Assembly: GCA_964016885.1 (NCBI GenBank) | Contig: CAXHJY010001285.1 | Span: 1-64,000, forward strand | From: Eledone cirrhosa | Taxonomy: Eukaryota | DNA length: 64,000 nucleotides | Direction: 5' to 3' | In this document: one piece after another, positions 56,513-64,000 of the stretch | How positions within the stretch are numbered: the stretch's first letter is position 1 | How the letters are laid out: the number at the start of each line of letters is the position of its first letter | Program-made: the position numbers and the translations under genes | Notes under the pieces: generated by a model | Told to the model about the DNA's origin: nothing | What the model saw: the letters and a program-made list of their open reading frames with translations, nothing else | Database searches by the model: none

Positions 56513-58725
56513 ATGGAATTCTTTAAGATTACTTCCTCTCTAAAAGACATACCTCTACCTAGAAACAAAGACTTTGTAAAACAACTAATAGATAAATCTG
56601 ACTCTTTTATAAGGAGAATCAGGTGGCGTGCATTCCACTTTGATAAATTTAATGCAGACGAAAATATCTCGGACTTAAACAAAGTTTTCAAATCTAAAAG
56701 AAATCCACCCCCTAACAAACTTTTATCTGACTTTGAAAACGATATAATTTCTATCATACAAGGGGTCAAATTCAAGAGAAACTTTAAAGGCCAGGAATAT
56801 CTGAAAGGCATTAAGGATAACATTGAGAGCTTAGAGAAAACTGAGAAGATCTTGGTGAAATCTGACAAGACCAACAACCTCTATGGAGTGCAGAAAGACA
56901 TGTATAATGGCCTCATACTGAAAGAGCTGAGGAAAAAATACAAGGTAGCAGATAAGACCGAACTTGTGAAAATGAATGTTGAAGCATCTTGTATAATGCA
57001 TGAGTTGGAAATTGAGAACAGAACACAACCTTTCGTGCCCAGGAAACCGAAGATCAATATGAAGGACCACAAGAGGAATTTTGAGATTGACCTGCCAGTT
57101 AGATTAATCGCACCTTCAAAATCGGACCTGGGCAAATTAAGCAAAAACATTCTTGACAGGGTGATACTGCAAATTAAGAACTTGGATTATGTATCTAACC
57201 TGAGCTTGTGGAAGGGAACTGGAGAGGTTGTTGAGTGGTTTAGGCAAATTAAATATGACAATAATAATAGGTTTATTCAACTTGATATAGCTAACTATTA
57301 TTCTTCTATTACCCCTAGTCTACTAAATAAGGCACTAAATTACGCATTCAAACATACGGACCTAACTAGCAAAGAAATGCATATTATATTATCGGCTAGG
57401 AAAACTTTGATAGAATTTGATGACAAATTATGGACCAGAGCAGATAGAGATAGCAATTTTGACATAACTATGGGATCTTCCGACTCAGCTCAGTAACTGA
57501 CCTTGTGGGCTTATTTTTAATCAATTCGCTACATAGGAAAATACCTGGTACTACCGGAGGTTTATATAGGGATGACATGCTTTTACTTATTAATAATAAT
57601 AACCCTGAACTAAATAGAAAATGTAAACAAATTACAAAATTTTTTAATTACTTTAACCTTAAAATAGAAATTGAGAACAACCATAGAATAGTCAATTTCC
57701 TAGATATAACATTAAATCTCAACACATGTCTCCACTATCCTTTTCACAAGTTGAATGAAAACTTAAACTATGTCAACTTTAACTCTAACCACCCCAGATC
57801 TGTCAAAAACACTATAGTAAACTCAGTCCAAAAACGTATCTCTAGGATCTCGTCGAATAGAAAGATTTTTGACGAAAAGGCCCAATACTATAATGATGCA
57901 CTAGCTAGGGCAGGGTATGCTGATAAGATTGTGTACATAGATAATGATAAACAAACTAAACAAAGTAACAACTTTTTTAATTATGGCAACAACATTAACA
58001 ACTATAATAGAAAGCATTACAATAATTCCAAAGGACAAAAAAGAAATAGAACTAGGAACATAATTTGGTTTGCCCCCCCTTTCTCACTAAACATTAAAAC
58101 CCACATCGCTAAATTATTTTTCAAAGCTCTTGATAATCGCTTCCCTAGAACACATAGGTACCACTCAATCTTCAATAGGCATACAATTAAATTAACCTAC
58201 TCATCCACCAAAAATTTAGCACAAAATATTAATAGAATAAATAATAGGAACTTAAAACCTACTGATAATAGCATAAATAATATACAAGTTAACAAATGTA
58301 ACTGTAGAGATAGATCTAAATGTCCGTTAAATAACAACTGCTTAGTTAAAAATATAGTATACAATTGTAATGTTAATACTGACTCTAATTCTTTTAACTA
58401 CGTCGGTTCCACATCGACGGAATTTAAACTTCGCTATAATAACCACAAGAACTCTTTCACAGATCCAAATAAAAAATCTTCAACGGCACTATCAGGTGTA
58501 CTCTGGCAACTTAAGCTAGATAACGTTAGATATTCGACGGCTTGGAATATAGTCTCAAGAGGGATTCCTTTTAATTCATCCTCTGAGACATGTGACCTCT
58601 GCGCAGAGGAGATAGTCTTTATACTAAAATCTAAAAATTCCCTTAACCTACGGACAAATTTATTCAGTTGTTGCAAACATAGATTAAACTCAACGTTTAA
58701 ATATAAATTTAAATTTAAAATGTAG
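56513..58725 (+). pseudogene. PLE RT and GIY-YIG polyprotein (~737 aa) with one 1-bp frameshift at ~57493
   Basis: RRIRWRA, VKSDKT, KDHK..VRLI.P, LDIANYYSSI, FDITMGSSDSAQ|(V)TDLVG, GGLYRDD, CNCRDRSKC, YVGST, CDLC, CCKH. Restoring one G (cag gta act) joins the two ORFs. Confidence 0.92.
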
Positions 58726-59878
58726 TATATTTAGTTTGATTTATATTTATATGAGAACTAGCCGATAAATCTTTTGATTCCTAAATCTTTGATTCCCTCT
58801 TTTTACTCTTTTTATTGTTTATTTTATTTTATTTATTTTTATTTTTATTTTTATTTTTATTTTTATTTTTATTTTTATCTAAACATTCCTCATGAAAAAT
58901 TAAGCTACCCTAAAAGCCGATGCTCCAAATTTTCTGAATTAACCTTACACTTGATAAACTTATATATTAAATATAGGAACATATGTAGACATTATTGGAC
59001 ATCATAATCTTTTTTGCGATATTCCTTGCTAGATGTGATTTGATAGATAATTTTTGGCTTTGTCTTGTAGTGAACTTGGCAATATATTGTCAATTAACCT
59101 TGAAGGGTTGTTCTTTGTGGTTTATTTTTATTTTCATTTTTATTTTTATTTTCATTTTTATTTTTATTTTTATTTTTATTCTTTTAGTATTGTAGTATTC
59201 TATAATATTTTTATATTTTTATTTTTTATTTTTTATATGTAAATTTTTTTTACATGTAAATTTTTATTTTTAAATTTTTATTTTTAATATTTTTAATATT
59301 TTTATATGTAAAGTTTTAATACGTAATATTTTTAATACGTAGTATTTTTAATATGCAATATTTTTATTATGTAATATTCTTTCGTAATATTCTTTTTTAG
59401 TTTTCTATTCTATATTTTTATATTTTTATATATTTTTACTTATTATCATTATTATTGTTATCTCTGCTTATAATATAATATATATTTTCGATTAGTATAT
59501 TGAAATCTGCTCTCTATTTCTGCTTGATAGATAATCTTGTAGAGTAATCGCAAGAATAATAATACGCTCAAATTTTTATACCACATTGAGAATGTTTTCC
59601 GGTAACTTTGAATTTGCGGAGTGAATCAGTTGGATTCACATAGACATATGAATTTTTTTTTTAAAAACTAAACATAAGATAATGAATTTTCACGCATTGT
59701 GAATACTTGTTTCATTCAGGAATACTGATATTTACAATATAGTGTAAGTTTTATAAATACTAATACATTAAAACATAGGGTTTTCTACGCCTCGAATATG
59801 TCTGGCTATTTTTAAATTTTTCTCTCTATATATCTCTCTATATCTCTCTATATATCTCCCTTACATTAATACTTGAGC

Positions 59879-59913
<35 letters not shown>

Positions 59914-60274
59914 ATGCATCATTGATACACTTACTCAAAATGACCTCCCACTACCTAATTTTTCTATATCTATATTTATATATGTATCTATCTCTATTTC
60001 CTCTCTCTCTATATATATATATCTCTTTCGGTCTCTTTACATGAAGCTCTTCGCTTTATCTATTTTTCCATCTCTCTATTTTGTCCCATGCATTTCTTCT
60101 TTTTCTTCTTTTTCTTCCTTTTCTTCGTTTTGTCTTTCTTTCTTTCTTATTTCCCTCTTTTCTCTCTCTCTTTCTTTCTCTCTGTATTTTCACTGCTAGA
60201 GTGAACCTCTTCAAATGAAGTTGATGTTTATTACGGTATGTCGAATATATTTATCTATAAAACTGTTTATATTG

Positions 60275-60340
60275 TATTTTGTCTGATGAAGGCATAGCAT
60301 ATTGTTAATATGATATCCCCGAAATATATATAATGAAATA
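60275..60340 (+). ncRNA. Type-I hammerhead ribozyme, 3' pLTR
   Basis: Same sequence as 56267-56332. Confidence 0.85.
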
Positions 60341-60378
60341 GATATGGTTTTATAAATATAGTTTTCCATTTATTTAAT

Positions 60379-60477
<99 letters not shown>

Positions 60478-60819
60478 CTGCGTGTGTGTGTGTGTGTGTA
60501 TGTGTCTATATGTGTGTGTGTGCGTGTGTGTGTGTTTATATATATATACACATGCACAGGCGGTAATGTAGCAAAGTAAACAATGTACTCACGGTGAATA
60601 CATTTAAACTGAGAGGAGGGAGAAAAAGAGGGTACAAATATGTACAAAGACATATATATATATATTTATATATATATACTTAGGTTAATAGGAGTTAGGT
60701 ATTGTATACCCGTGTCCCATTAAGGTATTGGCAGCATAATAATTAGCTCTATGCTTTGGAGCAGAGCCGTATATATGATAAAGAACACAAGAGCGTCTAC
60801 AACATCAAAAGATTTTTAT

Positions 60820-60868
60820 TGGCTTACAATGTTTCTTCCTTACGTAACCGTAGGATTCGTCAGAGCTA
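60820..60868 (-). ncRNA. Type-I hammerhead ribozyme
   Basis: Minus strand: tagct-CTGACGA-atcctacggttacgtaaggaa-GAAA-cattg-TA-agcca-ataaa. Confidence 0.75.
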
Positions 60869-62030
60869 TAAAAGGGCTTTCATTGGTATTATGGACTCTA
60901 CCAACCAAACATTCAAGAACAAAGAGTAAAGAGAGTAAAGAGCAAAAGCAGGGGACGATAAGTCTAATTTTATTGCGGGAGGGTGGGGTTTGGGTCCTTG
61001 TTTACTAGCTGTGGTCATATTCATTCCCGGGAGTCGAGTGGTTAGTTGAGCCATAGATGGGGTGGCGTCGATAGTATGGTGCAGAGGGTGTGCGGAGGCT
61101 ACACACACACAAAAGACATACAATATATATATAATGGAGGAGGTAATTAGAAATGGAAAAAGCGTAATAATAATAATCTATAATTAATAATGTATAATAA
61201 GGCATGGGGAAGATTACACTATAATAAGGTATAAAAGTAAGTATAAGGTAAAATATAAAGGAGGATAAAAGTGAAAATAAGAATAAAGATAAAAAAATAT
61301 ATATAAAAAATATATAGAGAATATATAAAGAAATATAAGCAAGTATTAGGAGGGGAAAACACAATGTAAAAAAACAGATCTTTTCAAACAAAAATATTAT
61401 AAATATAGGGGAAGAAAACGGGATAGAGAAATATAATCAAATGTGATTATTTGAGAGAATATAAGATGTTAATAGTTATGTCAAGTTTATACATCCTAAT
61501 AATAAACAATCTGTATATCAGAGTTACACATCCTTCAATTCACCTGCAGGTTCAAGCCACGTGGCATAGTCCATTGTTCATCCGTGCGGCCTTGTGCGTT
61601 TGTTTTTGACACCACAGCAGATGCACAAGTTCGTAAATTCCAATGCAGATAGAAATCTATTTTTGCTCACCCAGACATTGACGGAGGATCCAATATTCCT
61701 AGTTCAATATGTGTGTGGTGTTATTTTGGTCGCGCAAATCAATCAGTTGGTTCAATATTATGGAGTATGGTTTTCTGGTCTTCGTAACAGTGTCACTGGT
61801 TGTATATCTCGAAATCACAAGGATCACAGTACTCCGGTTTGGTGTGATTATCGGTCATCCAACTATGTTGTCGGTGGTTGGATTCAATTCTATTGCCCCC
61901 AACGTAGAACTTTGGTGTCGATTGAACATTAACGAGGCAGAGTGAGATCGCATCTGTCGTGCAAAACTGTACGCAATGAAATTCTTCGTCTTCGTTTCAT
62001 CCGGGTCCAGCAGTCACGTGCAAGAACCGC

Positions 62031-62310
62031 TACGTAGTAATTGTGAGGGTAATCGGTCAAGATAGTAACTGACCGAGAATTCTCTTAGGAATTCAGACCG
62101 GCATGACACGTACATTTAGGTCAGCAGTTTCTTTATGTGTACGTGTGTCCGATACACACAGACACATATTTATACGTAGTAATTGTGAGGGTAATCGGTC
62201 AAGATAGTAACTGACCGAAATTTTCTTAGGAATTCAGACAGGCATGACAGGTACATTTAGGTCAGCAGTTTCTTTATGTGTACGTGTGTCCGATACACAC
62301 AGACACATAT
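62031..62310. repeat. 142-bp tandem duplication
   Basis: tacgtagtaattgtgagggtaatcggtc.. at 62031 and 62173. Confidence 0.9.
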
Positions 62311-63343
62311 CTATATGTATTTCAACTCAAAAAATTCAATTGACTCGCTTATTGATGTTATATCTCTGTTGCTCCGATGTGCATGTTGTGGTGTTCTGGT
62401 CATGTTTAGTATTCACTGTGTTTTGCCATTACCTTGGAATGTGATGTTATGGTCATCAATAGTCCGGCAAGCGCATTCTTCTCTTATATTGTGGAGAATG
62501 GTGTTCTGGTCCTCAGTAAACATTTGGGTCAGCAGGAGGGGTGGTGGTTCTCAGTTTCAACTGCGACAATACATATGTGTTACTCCACATATCGTGCTCC
62601 TCTCAAAGAGGAGTATTATAGGAGGAATTCATGCCAAATACCACATATAGAGAAGACTTCTACAGAAAAAATATACATACATACACACACATATACATAT
62701 CATACACACACACATACACATATACACATACATATACATATACACATACATATCACATATACACATACACACAGTATAATACAGATGCATACAATATACA
62801 TATATATATATACATACAATATACATGTATACAATACACGCCCACATGCATGCATGCATGCACACACGTACGCACACATACATACCGATGTCTGTGTGTG
62901 TGTGTGTGTGTGAGAGAGAGAAAAGGAGGATACACACACACACATACACACAGACACACACATACGCACACACACAAACACCAACCTTGTAGGGGACTGT
63001 TCCACCCTCAGGATACCTATATATCTGGGTTATGGGTTGGGGGGAAGCCATAGTCAAGGAGGGGTATGTCTAGGTGGGGGTTGCATAATATATGTTACGT
63101 CTATGTGCTAGGTTTAAAATAGAAGAAGGAACTCAGGATTTTGTGTTGGCAAGAGGAGAAAATTTCCGATTTCCTGTTAAGCAGGTTCAGTTTAGAGTGT
63201 ATTATGGCATGGCATTCCAGTAAACACAGGTCACAACTCCCGCTCTGCGGTCGGTATGGCGTGGATCTAGTAAGCTTACTCTTTACTCTTTGTTCTTGAA
63301 TGTTTGGTTGGTAGAGTCCATAACACCAATCAAACCCCTCTTA

Positions 63344-63392
63344 TAGCTCGGACGAATCCTACGGTTACGTAAGGAAGAAACATTGTAAGCCA
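63344..63392 (+). ncRNA. Hammerhead motif with U4>G mutation
   Basis: tagct-CGGACGA-atcctacggttacgtaaggaa-GAAA-cattg-TA-agcca. Confidence 0.65.
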
Positions 63393-63454
63393 ATAAAAAT
63401 CTGTTGATGTTGTAGACGCTCTTGTGTTCTTTATCATATATTTATATATATATA

Positions 63455-64000
63455 TGGAAAAAACGAAACGAAATTTCATTTCTCACTGTTAGTACGGCTG
63501 TTACTTAAATATAAGTATGTATACGTACATACATATATGTATAGAGACGTACAGTAGTATGTATATACATACATGCACACATATATTTATGTACGTATGG
63601 GTTTACCGAACATTTATTATAATGCTCGGTTTGTTTGTAAACAAACAGCCCGAATTAAGCCGTACAGTGTTTAGCAACCATCGTTGCCCTTTGTTCAACA
63701 CTGACAAAGGAACGATGTACTAGTTTCAAGCTTATTAGCTATCGTCAGCATCGTATACCTTCCTGCCAGATGATTGAACGTCTGAAAGTATATACTTTCC
63801 TTATGCATATTAACGGCTGAGCAGCCTAATTTGCATATCGAGTGAGTTAGTCGGGCGGGCGCACCGAATACGATAAATGTCAGTGTTGAACAAAAGGGCA
63901 ACGATGGTTGTTAAACACTGTACGACTTAATTCGGGCTGTTTGTTTACAAACAGACCGAGTATTATAATAAGTGTTCTGTAAACCCATACATACATATAA
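63455..64000. mobile_element. MITE/fold-back element with long inverted arms (runs off the window end)
   Basis: 63590-63706 vs 63878-64000 are imperfect reverse complements; starts after a TA run; related to 30-502. Confidence 0.7.

Larger units (their letters stand above)
55614..60384 (+). mobile_element. Young, near-intact Hydra-like PLE: inverted extension, pLTR, ORF, 3' UTR, pLTR, in (TA)n
   Basis: Direct repeats 55722-56376 and 59736-60384 appear to differ only in microsatellite length. 55614-55724 is the reverse complement of 56360-56470. (TA)n lies on both flanks. Confidence 0.95.
60770..63441 (-). mobile_element. Old Neptune-like PLE remnant bounded by inverted pLTR arms (60770-60940 / 63272-63441)
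   Basis: ~170-bp inverted arms with HHR; degenerate minus-strand peptides PPIILLFER (~62600), CTT..KFYVG (~61900-61970) and PRGLN (~61555). Confidence 0.6.

Noticed and set aside
57485-57510. Programmed ribosomal frameshift or readthrough between the two PLE ORFs
   Set aside because: It falls inside a conserved RT motif, has no slippery heptamer, and a 1-bp deletion explains it.

Overview
Gene-free, repeat-saturated animal DNA. It is probably cephalopod/octopus, an inference from the tRNA-derived SINE family present; no host exons are recognisable. About the first 20 kb is a degenerate (TA)n/(TA)nTG array with higher-order duplications, and the many 'IYIY' ORFs there are artefacts. The rest is a nest of non-LTR retroelements. 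Penelope-like elements (PLEs) of apparently four clades (Hydra-, Nematis-, Penelope/Poseidon- and Neptune-like) include one very young, near-intact copy at 55.6-60.4 kb. There are also three Tx1/L1-type LINEs plus a 3' fragment, a CRE-type RT fragment, RTE and CR1/L2-type fragments, SINEs and fold-back elements. About a dozen minimal type-I hammerhead ribozyme (HHR) motifs can be read directly, two with a compensatory U3:A8 core. The most novel-looking signal is a conserved ~85-105 nt structured 'extension' (TACTC-loop-TCGAGTGCT, usually followed by a GTTG-loop-CAAC hairpin). It lies just beyond the PLE 3' integration boundary and recurs, inverted and abutting (TA)n, in five insertions from four otherwise unalignable families. 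Together with paired HHRs, this suggests a circular or tandem RNA intermediate and a telomerase-RNA-like recognition element for (TA)n-targeted insertion. Clade names come from motif recall, not database searches.
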